Assembly: GCA_964035575.1 (NCBI GenBank)
Contig: OZ037844.1
Span: 496,001-560,000 of the forward strand
DNA from: Rhynchopus sp. YZ270_cl-10
Taxonomy: Eukaryota
DNA: 64,000 nucleotides
Direction: 5' to 3'
Numbering within the stretch: the first letter of the stretch is position 1; every line of letters begins with the position of its first letter. Below, one piece after another: positions 20,548 to 30,759 of the stretch. Under the pieces are notes generated by a model. It ran no database searches. It worked only from the letters and a program-made list of their open reading frames with translations, and was not told where the DNA came from. The position numbers were made by a program, and so were the translations under genes.

Positions 20548-23094
20548 AACAAGACACCTCTTTTGGATATAGACGAGAAAGGGTGGGGATGTGTAATCAG
20601 TTACCTATTGAGATGTGTGGTGTGTCGTGTATGGTGCGTGGGGATATATCTGATTGAGCATCGTTGTCAATCCGTGAATTATTCAACACAAAAGTAACAA
20701 AGGGGAGGGAAACAGTCTTTTTATTAACGTCAATAGCAATATCGACGAGAAAAACGCATGGTTGAAAATCGGGGAGTGTGTGTGTAATGGGGATATATTA
20801 GAATCAAAAAGTGGTGGGACACTGGAAAATATGTGTTTTGAGGCACACCCATGTGTCTGCTGAGTGCTTAGAGATCTTTCAAGAAATAAACAATTTGGAC
20901 AGGGGTTCTTAGTAGCGAGCCATCCCCTAATTAGATGGAGAGGAATAGCGCGAAAGGAGTGTAATGATGCAAAAAGCTTTTAATGGGTTATAGACAACAA
21001 AAGGTGTTGCCTCAGTGTTATGATACACAAACAAAAAGGGTTGAAGTGGGTCTTTGAGTGGGGTTAAATAGTAGGCAAGAGATGAGAGGGAGAACTGAAC
21101 ATACAATGTGTAAAGGTTATGACACTGGCCCGTCGCAGAGCCTGAGGACGAGGCTTCTGCTTCCAGTGTGTTAGGGGGTGTCGCTACTCACCTGTCCGAG
21201 GACAGCTGTCCTTATGAGTGCGTGTGGTGTAATGTACATGTGGTGTAGGGGATGGGAGGGGTGGGGAAGGTGTGGGGTGGGGTGTGGTGGGGCTTCAATC
21301 GCTTCCCGCACGGTGACCATGTACCCCAGTAATTTCATGATCGTACTTTCCATGTTTTTGTTCACACTTCCTTTCGTGGGCGAGGAGGAGATGATGTGAC
21401 TCCATTCCTGGGCCATACCGTTCACCTCACACCGCTCTTTCCCTTTTGGGTTTCTTCACACACACGTCTTTGCACCTTCGCACTCAATTGCAGAATCAAT
21501 GGAAACAGCATAATTCAGATAGTAATAGAACGACGTTGTTGCTCTTTCACCACTGATACGACCATTTCCCATGCACTACACAAAGGAAAGAATACTGCAC
21601 AATTAAAAACGATCTGACACTTTCATCATCATCATTCATTCATGAACAATAACCGAGGTGTTACCTCAAGACTGCCACACATCTGAAGTAACAATAGAGA
21701 TAAGGACAGTAACAAAAGGGGGTTGGGGTTGGGCACAGACCCAATGCGCCACAAAGTTAAGAGGTGTGTGTAAAGCATTTATGCGGTGTAGGGGAGGGAG
21801 TATTAACGAGGGTGGGGTGGGGTGGGGTGGGGTGGGGTGGGGTGGATCACTAATCATCACACAGACACTGTCCTTCCACTACGTCGCTGCTGGAACTCCA
21901 GTTGTATCATTCTTGCGGAGGACTCTTTAGGAACTTTGCTGACAAGCAATGCAAGACAAAGACCACGCATGCGGCTAAATAGTACCTGTTTTCCAGAATT
22001 TCCTTATCCTAAATAGACAAATTTACCTGTTTTTATTACCTTGTGGTTTTCCCATTTTTCACATTTTCGAGGCAGGGCACCACCCAAAAGCGCTGTTTCT
22101 TGCATTTTTGGGCCAATCCCAGCCTGTGTTGGGGTCACTTTAAAAAAATGGCCAAAATTTTCATCACTTAAATTTTTGGGAAGTGCCAAGTATCTAGTTT
22201 GCAGTAACTTTTGGCATTATGTTTTTTTGTGGGGATTTGTCCTCTGGCGGGGGTAGGGGTTGTATAGCTACCGGCGGGTTGTATAGGGTTTTCCGAGCTT
22301 TCAACCTCGCTGTAGCGGGGCTATTTCGAAAAAAAATAGACAAGTTCTTGGTTGATACAATTTTTGGCCATTCCCACCAGTGAGTTGCTTCACAGGGTAA
22401 AATGTAACTATGATTCTGGGCCACTGCCCCCTCGAAATGCAAAAAGTTCCAAACCCGGACGCGCTACGTGCGCCGACCTTTTTGCAGCTTTGGTCAAAGT
22501 TGTATTTTTCGGCTGCAAGATGCAGGCGAAGATATTCGGAACTCTATTTTTTTGCGGAGCAAAAAAATATCATTGATGGCGCCGCAGGCGAAAAAAAAAT
22601 TAGGGTACAGTGTAAAAATGCAGCTTTTACACCACAGAGCCACTCAAAAATTGAAATTCTCCTCATAAAAAAGCAGGTATTTTTTTCCCTCCCCTATTTT
22701 TCCCGTATATAAAAACAGGTAAATTTATTTCACCTTCCCCCTTTATAAAAACAGGTAAATTCTTTTTTTATTCTGAAAACCTAAAGGAGGGTGTCTAAAA
22801 AGGTCAAAAACGGAAAAAACGGAAAAAACGGTAGAAAAATTTGGGGTGTTTTTGACCAAAAAAAGAGTGAGGGGAGTTGGGTCCAGTCATAGGGGAGTAT
22901 AGCAATTTTTAAAAAATTCTACCAAAAATGCACAGCATTTTTCAAGCACATAGGCAGATTTTCGCTTTTGTTATAAAAAATTGAGGAACCAAAATATCCC
23001 ACTGTAGCTGTCTTCGAAAACGGGAGCCCAAAATGGGCCCGTTCTTCCTGCGGAAAGTAGTGCGCACACTGTACATATCTCTGAAGATGAACGG

Positions 23095-24211
23095 TTTTCC
23101 CCTTTCCCCTTAGTCATTTTTCCCGTTGCCTTGTCGAAAAAAAATTTTTTGGGTCAAAAAAAAAAAGTGAAAATTTTTCACAAATTTCGATCCTACGACC
23201 ACCCACAGGTGACGAAAACTCGGTTTTTTTGAAAAAAAAAATTTTTTTTTTGGGTCAAACAGCGCCTTGCCTATAGCATAGGCTTGTACAGAGACGTGTA
23301 TATGGTGTAACCACAGATGCTCAAAACACCCGATTTTTGCGTTTTTTTGCATTTTTCGGTGCCCCAAGACCCACCCCAGGGGGCCAAAAATTTTTCGAAA
23401 AAAAAAATTTTTTTTTCGGATTTTGCTAAGGTAAAATGTGACTGTGAAAAATGATCCTCAAAATAGGGGATCCTCCAAATTCCCGTTTTTCCCTTTTTTC
23501 CCCTTTCCCCTTAGTCATTTTTCCCGTTGCCTTGTCGAAAAAAAAATTTTTGGGTCAAAAAAAAAAGTGAAAATTTTTCACAAATTTCGATCCTACGACC
23601 ACCCACAGGTGACGAAAACTATTCCAGAGACCGCGGATGAGTGGGAGGGGTTGTTCTATCCCACTACCACTCATTTCAGCTCCCAAGGCGGGGACTCTAT
23701 GACGGCGGCGGAGGCTTTCGAGTACTGTGGGCGGTGGAGGACTGCAGTGAGGCCGATGTTGAGTCAGGAGGAGCTGAGGAAGGCGTCGGCGCTGTGCAAT
23801 CGCCTGAGGAGTCTTGTGCAGACGCGCCTTCGATCCGCCGCATAGACTTTAGAGACTTCTTTTTACTTTTTCTCCCCTCTCCCCCCCCTTCTCCCCTTTC
23901 TTCTTCTTTTTTGGCTATTTTTATTTCGTTCACATAGCCTAGATTCGGACCTGTTTTCAGGCTGACCGTGTACAGCCGGGTAGAGCTTGACAACGCCAAC
24001 AGCTGTGGTCCAAGGAGGTCCCCAGTGTTGTCTGCCAATCCCCTTAACCCAACAAAAGACTACAATATAAAAACAATCTAGACAAAGCCGCCCCCATCCC
24101 CGTCCAGGCAAAATAAAAAAGTAAAAGAATGCCCTTCCTCAGTCCGGAAGTATCACCTCAACCGGTTACCTGCCGTAAAAGAGAGAGAGGTTACAGAACT
24201 ATTCATACAAC

Positions 24212-24250
<39 letters not shown>

Positions 24251-24465
24251 AAACTCGGTTTTCGTGAAAAAAAAAATTTTTTTTTTGGGTCAAACAGCGC
24301 CTTGCCTCTTGTATAGCCTTGTACAGAGACGTGTATATGGTGTAACCACAGATGCTCAAAACACCCGATTTTTACGTTTTTTTGCATTTTTCGGTGCCCC
24401 AAGACCCACCCCAGGGGGCCAAAATTTTTTCGAAAAAAAAATTTTTTTTTTCGGATTTTGCTAAG
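23095..24465. repeat. Tandem duplication of a ~335-bp AT-rich unit (23095-23430; second copy 23495-24465, interrupted by a retroposed insert)
   Basis: 23099-23220 matches 23500-23620, and 23221-23430 matches 24256-24465. Confidence 0.85.
23621..24248 (+). mobile_element. 5'-truncated poly(A)-tailed retroposed insertion (LINE 3' end, SINE or retrocopy) with 7-bp TSD GAAAACT
   Basis: 35-nt poly(A) at 24214-24248, GAAAACT at 23614-23620 and 24249-24255. The empty site GGTGACGAAAACTCGGTTTT is preserved in the adjacent duplicate at ~23208-23227. The insert begins mid-ORF (IPETADEWEG...QTRLRSAA*, stop at 23845). Confidence 0.88.
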
Positions 24466-24601
24466 AATGATTCACATCAAGAGCCGCAGAGGCTGTGTTC
24501 CCATTGCGGTCACCTCAGATGTTTGTTGGTGTAAAGAAAAATGAAGAGTTTTTTGATGTGAATAATACGACCCTTGCTATTCCCGCTATTCCTCCGTGCT
24601 C

Positions 24602-26638
24602 TCACAGTCCTTTACTTTCATCTTTGCGTTGTGCCTTTTCCAGACTTTCGATCTCCTCCGCAAGCCGCTTACTCTTCTCTGCCAGCTTCGCGTTCTGCTC
24701 GCTGCACTGCCTCACTGTCTCCCTCATCTCAGCACATTCCGCTCTGAGCTCTGCCATGCCGCCTTGCTGCGGCTGCTCCGAGACCGGCGCCGTCTGCTGT
24801 GTCGGCCCCAGCACCCCCTTCTGTGCCTCCAACATCTCCTTCTGCTGGTCCATAACACTCTTCATCATTTCCTGCAGTGCTTTCATTTCCTCCTTCATCG
24901 CATAGCCCTGCTCCATCGCTGCTTCCAGTGCAGTGTTGTCCAACGTATCTGTCTGCTTCACGTCCACATCCTTCAAGCCCACAAGATAGCGCACAGTCTC
25001 AGTGTGCCCATTACCTTCTGCAAGGGAAAGACACGTGTCACCTTCGTTGTCTGTGGCACTTACTTCCGCACCTGCCTCCACCAACAGTTTCACAATTGCC
25101 ATGTTACCTTCCTCGCAAGCCACAAGCAAAGGTGAACTTCCCAAGTTGTTCTTTGTCTCGATGTCTGCCCCTGCATCAATGAGCACCTGCACCATATCGA
25201 CATGTCCTTTATCCACCGCTCTGTGCAACGCTGTGAAGTCCTCATCATCTTTGTGATTCACGTCCACATCCTTCAAGCCCACAAGATAGCGCACAGTCTC
25301 GGTGTGTCCAAAATAAGCTGCAATGGTAAGACAGGTGTCACCTTCGTTGTCTATGGTACTCACTTCCGCACCTGCTTTGACCAACATCTTCACAATTGCT
25401 ATATTCTCGTTCTCGCTGGCCAAGTGCAGAGGCGAACGACCCATTTCTTCCCTTGCGTCGATGTCTGCCCCTGCATCAATGAGCACCTCCACCATATCGA
25501 CATGTCCTTTGTCCACCGCACTGTGCAACGCAGTGAAGTCTTCATCATCTTTGTGATTCAGATTCACATCCTTCAAGCCCACAAGATAACGCACAGTCTC
25601 AGTGTGCCTATTATTTTCTGCAATGGTAAGACACATGTGACCTTCGTTGTCTGTGGCACTTACTTCCGCACCTGCTTTCACCAACATCTTCACAATTGCT
25701 ATATTCTCGTTCTCGCTGGCCAAGTGCAGAGGCGAACGACCTATTTCTTGCCTTGCCTCGATGTCTGCCCCTGCATCAATGAGCACCTGCACCATATCGA
25801 CCTCTCCTTCGTCCACCGCAATGTGCAACGCAGTGTATCCCTCATTATCTGTAATATTCACATCCACGTCCTTCAAGCCCACAAGATAGCGCACAGTCTC
25901 AGTGTGCCCATTAGCAGACGCAATGTTAAGACACGTGTCACCTTCGTCGCTTGCTACACACACATCCGCACCTGCTTCAACCAACATCTTCACAATGCCG
26001 AGCTCGCGTCTGGCACTAGCCCTGAGCAGAGGCGTACTCACCACATTGCCCTCTACCTCAAGGTCTGCCCCTGCATCAATGAGCGCCTTCACCACATCGA
26101 TGTGTCCTTCGTCCACAGCCCTGTGCAACGCAGTGTAGCTGGACTCTCCTACAACGTCCTCAGCCAAATTTATGTGGTTTACATTTACCTCCGGCAAGCC
26201 AACAAGATAGCGCACAGTCTCGGTGTGTCCAAATCGGGCCGCAAGGATAAGACACGTGTTACCTTGATTGTCTGTTGTACTCACTTCCGCACCTGCTTCG
26301 ACCAACATCTTCACCTTTGAGATATTCCCATTCTCGCAAGCCACAAGCAGAGGCGAACGACCCATGTCGTTCTTTGCCTCGATGTCTGCCCCTGCATCAA
26401 CAAGCGCCTGCACCACATCACGATAGGTTTTCTTTGCTTCCCAGTGCAACGCAGTCATCCCATTCTCATCTGCGTGATTCACGTCCACCTCCGGCAAACC
26501 CGCAAGATTGCGCACAGCCTCGGTGTGTCCATGATGTGCTGCAGGCACTTCACTCGCCACATGTGTGGTGTTCCAGCGTCGACCGAACCGAATCATCCTT
26601 CTGTCGCGCAAACATCTCACAGAAAAACCCTTCAACAT
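24602..26638 (-). CDS. Ankyrin-array copy B, 678 aa (5 three-repeat modules + C-terminal coiled coil)
   Basis: Intact ORF with TALHxAV / SPLxxA / TCLxxA ankyrin triplets at 300-bp periodicity. Confidence 0.92.
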   Translation of the reverse strand: MLKGFSVRCLRDRRMIRFGRRWNTTHVASEVPAAHHGHTEAVRNLAGLPEVDVNHADENGMTALHWEAKKTYRDVVQALVDAGADIEAKNDMGRSPLLVACENGNISKVKMLVEAGAEVSTTDNQGNTCLILAARFGHTETVRYLVGLPEVNVNHINLAEDVVGESSYTALHRAVDEGHIDVVKALIDAGADLEVEGNVVSTPLLRASARRELGIVKMLVEAGADVCVASDEGDTCLNIASANGHTETVRYLVGLKDVDVNITDNEGYTALHIAVDEGEVDMVQVLIDAGADIEARQEIGRSPLHLASENENIAIVKMLVKAGAEVSATDNEGHMCLTIAENNRHTETVRYLVGLKDVNLNHKDDEDFTALHSAVDKGHVDMVEVLIDAGADIDAREEMGRSPLHLASENENIAIVKMLVKAGAEVSTIDNEGDTCLTIAAYFGHTETVRYLVGLKDVDVNHKDDEDFTALHRAVDKGHVDMVQVLIDAGADIETKNNLGSSPLLVACEEGNMAIVKLLVEAGAEVSATDNEGDTCLSLAEGNGHTETVRYLVGLKDVDVKQTDTLDNTALEAAMEQGYAMKEEMKALQEMMKSVMDQQKEMLEAQKGVLGPTQQTAPVSEQPQQGGMAELRAECAEMRETVRQCSEQNAKLAEKSKRLAEEIESLEKAQRKDESKGL

Positions 26639-28117
26639 AACAAGACACCTCTTTTGGATATAGACGCAGAAGAGAAAGGGGGATGTGTAATCAGTTTCCT
26701 ATTGAGGTGTGTGGTGTGTCGTGTGTGGTGCGTGGGGATATATCTGATTGACCATTGCTGTCAATCCGTGAATTATTCAACACAAAAGTAACAAAGGGGA
26801 GGGAAACAGTCTTTTTATTAACGTCAATAGCAATATCGACGAGAAAAACGCATGGTGGTTGAAAATCGGGGAGTTTGTGTGTGATGGGGATATATTAGAA
26901 TGAAAAAGTGGTGGGACACAGGAAAATACCGGTATGTGTTTTGAGGCACACCCACGTGTCTGCTGAGTGCTTACAGATTTTTCAAGAAATATAAATACTT
27001 TGGACAGGGGTTCTTAGTAGCGAGCCATCCCCTAATTAGATGGAGAGGAATAGCGCGAAAGGAGTGTAATGATGCAAAAAGCTTTTAATGGGTTATAGAC
27101 AACAAAAGGTGTTGCCTCAGTGTTATGATACACAAACAAAAAGGGTTGAAGTGGGTCTTTGAGTGGGGTTAAATAGTAGGCAAGAGATGAGAGGGAGAAC
27201 TGAACATACAATGTGTAAAGGTTATGACACTGGCCCGTCGCAGAGCCTGAGGACGAGGCTTCTGCTTCCAGTGTGTTAGGGGGTGTCGCTACTCACCTGT
27301 CCGAGGACAGCTGTCCTTATGAGTGCGTGTGGTGTAATGTACATGTGGTGTAGGGGATGGGAGGGGAAGGTGTGGGGTGGGGTGGGGTGTGGTGGGGGTT
27401 CAATCGCTTCCCGCACGGTGACCATGCGCCCCAGTAATTTCATGATCGTACTTTCCATGTTTTTGTTCACACTTCCTTTCGTGGGCGAGGAGGAGATGAT
27501 GTGACGCCATTCCTGGGCCATACCGTTCACCTCACACCGCTCTTTCCCTTTTGGGTTTCTTCACACACGTCTTTGCACCTTCGCACTCAATTGCAGAATC
27601 AATGGAAACAGCATAATTCAGATAGTAATAGAACGACGTTGTTGCTCTTTCACCACTGATACGACCATTTCCCATGCACTCCAAAAAGCAAAGAATACTT
27701 CACAATTAACAACGTTCTGACACTTTCATCATCATGATTCATTCATGAACAATAACCGAGGTGTTACCTCAAGACTGCCACACATCTGAAGTAACAATAG
27801 AGATAAGGACAGTAACAAAAGGGGGTTGGGGTTGGGCACAGACCCAATGCGCCACAAAGTTAAGAGGTGTGTGTAAAGCATTTATGCGGTGTAGGGGAGG
27901 GAGTATTAACAAGGGTGGGGTGGGGTGGATCACTAATCATCACACAGACACTGTCCTTCCACTACGTCGCTGCTGGAACTCCAGTTGTATCATTCTTGCG
28001 GAGGACTCTTTAGGAACTTTGCTGACAAGCAATGCAAGACAAAGACTCAATATTATTTCATTGTTGAACGATCATCGCACTGCACTGCATCTCCATGAGG
28101 GAGGGGTTTCAAAGAAA

Positions 28118-28558
28118 ACAAGTAATTGCTATCGGAAAAAAAACGGGGTGTGCTGTGGAACTCCATCCTGTAGAAATAATCTACAACACACCCAGCATTC
28201 TGCTCTTCTGCAGGCATGCTAACGCTCTTCGTACGCTGCCAGACCCACTGGGACGCCAGCATCTGTAACGTTCAAGAAGGGGGGCTGTCCTCTTCGTCCA
28301 GCACCATCTGCTCGATAGCGTTGTTGGACGCCCGCTCGGCAGGCTCGGCGTGGTCCAGCTCGTTTTTGTCCACAGGCTCCCCACATTGTCGTCGTCGTTG
28401 GAGCAGTGCGGAAGGAACACAGAATGCACAGACTACAACACATCGATCACACCAGGCGCATCAGCACCTCCAGCAAATCGCCAGGATGCTACGGTGGTTT
28501 CGAAAATCACGCGGAGTTTTCCACAGCACACCCCGCTTTTTTCTTAGCAATTACTTGT
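28118..28558. mobile_element. ~440-bp TIR element (MITE-like), present in each 4121-bp unit (also 32239, 36360, 40481, 44602, 48723)
   Basis: ACAAGTAATTGCTATCGGAAAAAAAACGGGGTGTGCTGTGGAACT (28118-28162) is an imperfect inverted match to AGTTTTCCACAGCACACCCCGCTTTTTTCTTAGCAATTACTTGT (28515-28558). A diverged, inverted copy lies at ~59113-59905. No TSD identified. Confidence 0.72.
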
Positions 28559-29061
28559 CCTTGTTGTTATTGTTGTTTTCAACCACCTTCCTTCAACCCT
28601 TGTAGGATCAGTTGTTATTTCTTTCGCGAAAACATGAAATTACACATTTCAAGAGAACAAATTAAAAAGGGTCCTTATTTGCATTTTTGGGCTCCGCCCG
28701 TGCAGTGGTGGGGTCAATCTCGAAAATTGGACAATTTTTTGACCACTTAAATTTTGAGAAATATGAGCCCGGTTGCTTATACGTGGGGCCCATTTTCGGC
28801 TAAAATTTTCCTCAAAATCTGGTTTTGTAAAATTGACCCATTACTCCCCCCCCACATCGATTTCAATACTATACCTTACTTCACCTACGGTTGTCCTTAC
28901 AGGGGGGTGAAAGAAGGTAAGTTGACAATGATTCACATCAAGAGCCGCAGAGGCTGTGTTCCCATTGCGGTCACCTCAGATGTTTGTTGGTGTAAAGAAA
29001 AATGAAGAGTTTCTGAGGTGAACAATACGACCCTTGCTATTCCCGCTATTCCTCCGTGCTC

Positions 29062-30759
29062 TCACAGTCCTTTACTTTCATCTTTGCGTTGTGCCTTTTC
29101 CAGACTTTCGATCTCCTCCGCAAGCCGCTTACTCTTCTCTGCCAGCTTCGCGTTCTGCTCGCTGCACTGCCTCACTGTCTCCCTCATCTCAGCACATTCC
29201 GCTCTGAGCTCTGCCATGCCGCCTTGCTGCGGCTGCTCCGAGACCGGCGCCGTCTGCTGTGTCGGCCCCAGCACCCCCTTCTGTGCCTCCAACATCTCCT
29301 TCTGCTGGTCCATAACACTCTTCATCATTTCCTGCAGTGCTTTCATTTCCTCCTTCATCGCATTGCCCTGCTCCGGTGCTGTTTTCAGTGCAGGGTTGCC
29401 CCACCTGTCTGTCTGCAAGCCCACAAGATAGCGCACAGTCTCGGTGTGCCCATTATCTCCTGCAAGGGAAAGACAGGTGTTACCTTCGTTGTCTGTGGCA
29501 CTCACTTCCGCACCTGCTTTGACCAACATCTTCACAATTGCCATATTCCCGTCCTCGCTGGCCAAATGCAGAGGCGAACGGTCCATCTCTTCCTTCGCCT
29601 CGATGTCTGCCCCTGCATCAATGAGCACCTCCACCACATCGACATGTCTGTTGTCCACAGCTCTGTGCAACGCTGTGAAGTCCTCATCACCTGCGTGATT
29701 CACGTCCACATCCTTCAAGCCCACAAGATAGCGCACAGTCTCCGTCTGCCCATTATCTGTAGCAAGGATAAGACACGTGTCACCTTCGTTGTCTGTGGTA
29801 CTAACTTCCGCACCTGCTTTCACCAACATCTTCACAATTGCCAGATACCCGTTCTCGCTGGCCAAGTGCAGAGGCGAACGGTCCATCTCTTCCTTCGCCT
29901 CGATGTCTGCCCCTGCATCAATGAGCACCTCCACCACATCGATCTCTCCTTCAACCACCGCACTGTGCACCGCAGTGAAGTCCAAATTATTTTTGTGATT
30001 CACGTCCACATCATTCAAGCCCACAAGATAGCGTACAGTCTCGGTGTGTCCAAAATAAGCTGCAATAGTAAGACACGTGTCACAGTTAGTGTCTGTGGCA
30101 CTTACTTCTGCTCCTGCTTCGACCAACATCTTCACAATTGCCAGATACCCCTCACTGCTAGCCAAGTGCAGAGGCGAACGACCCAAGTAGTTCTTTGCGT
30201 CGACGTCTGCCCCTGCATCAATGAGCACCTCGACCACATCGACATGTCCGTCGTCCACAGCTCTGTGCAACGCAGTGAAGTCCTCATCATCTGCGTGATT
30301 CACGTCCACATCCTCCAAGCCCACAAGATAGCGCACAGTCTCGGTGTGTCCAAATCGGGCCGCAAGGATAAGACACGTGTTACCTTGATTGTCTGTTGTA
30401 CTCACTTCCGCACCTGCTTTGACCAACATCTTCACCTTTGCTATATTGCCATTCTCGCAAGCCACAAGCAGAGGCGAACGACCCATGTCGTTCTTTGCCT
30501 CGATGTCTGCCCCTGCATCAACAAGCGCCTGCACCACATCACGATAGGTTTTCTTTGCTTCCCAGTGCAACGCAGTCATCCCATTCTCATCTGCGTGATT
30601 CACGTCCACCTCCGGCAAACCCGCAAGATTGCGCACAGCCTCGGTGTGTCCATGATGTGCTGCAGGCACTTCACTCGCCACATGTGTGGTGTTCCAGCGT
30701 CGACCGAACCGAATCATCCTTCTGTCGCGCAAACATCTCACAGAAAAACCCTTCAACAT
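29062..30759 (-). CDS. Ankyrin-array copy C1, 565 aa (4 three-repeat modules + coiled coil)
   Basis: Intact ORF with 12 full ankyrin repeats, an Arg-rich N-terminus and a C-terminal coiled coil. Confidence 0.92.
   Translation of the reverse strand: MLKGFSVRCLRDRRMIRFGRRWNTTHVASEVPAAHHGHTEAVRNLAGLPEVDVNHADENGMTALHWEAKKTYRDVVQALVDAGADIEAKNDMGRSPLLVACENGNIAKVKMLVKAGAEVSTTDNQGNTCLILAARFGHTETVRYLVGLEDVDVNHADDEDFTALHRAVDDGHVDVVEVLIDAGADVDAKNYLGRSPLHLASSEGYLAIVKMLVEAGAEVSATDTNCDTCLTIAAYFGHTETVRYLVGLNDVDVNHKNNLDFTAVHSAVVEGEIDVVEVLIDAGADIEAKEEMDRSPLHLASENGYLAIVKMLVKAGAEVSTTDNEGDTCLILATDNGQTETVRYLVGLKDVDVNHAGDEDFTALHRAVDNRHVDVVEVLIDAGADIEAKEEMDRSPLHLASEDGNMAIVKMLVKAGAEVSATDNEGNTCLSLAGDNGHTETVRYLVGLQTDRWGNPALKTAPEQGNAMKEEMKALQEMMKSVMDQQKEMLEAQKGVLGPTQQTAPVSEQPQQGGMAELRAECAEMRETVRQCSEQNAKLAEKSKRLAEEIESLEKAQRKDESKGL

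Noticed and set aside
21515..21635. Possible box C/D snoRNA (ATGATGA...CTGA on the - strand) in the spacer
   Set aside because: The C box lies in an (ATG)n microsatellite; no convincing terminal stem or recognisable rRNA guide.
21978..22790. Inverted repeats AAATTTACCTGTTTTTAT / ATAAAAACAGGTAAATT (~22018 vs ~22709 and ~22744)
   Set aside because: Suggestive of a foldback element, but no definable termini or TSD, so not called as a feature.
29062..29076. Peroxisomal/glycosomal PTS1 at the ankyrin C-terminus (SKGL)
   Set aside because: The terminal tripeptide KGL does not fit the (S/A/C)(K/R/H)L consensus.
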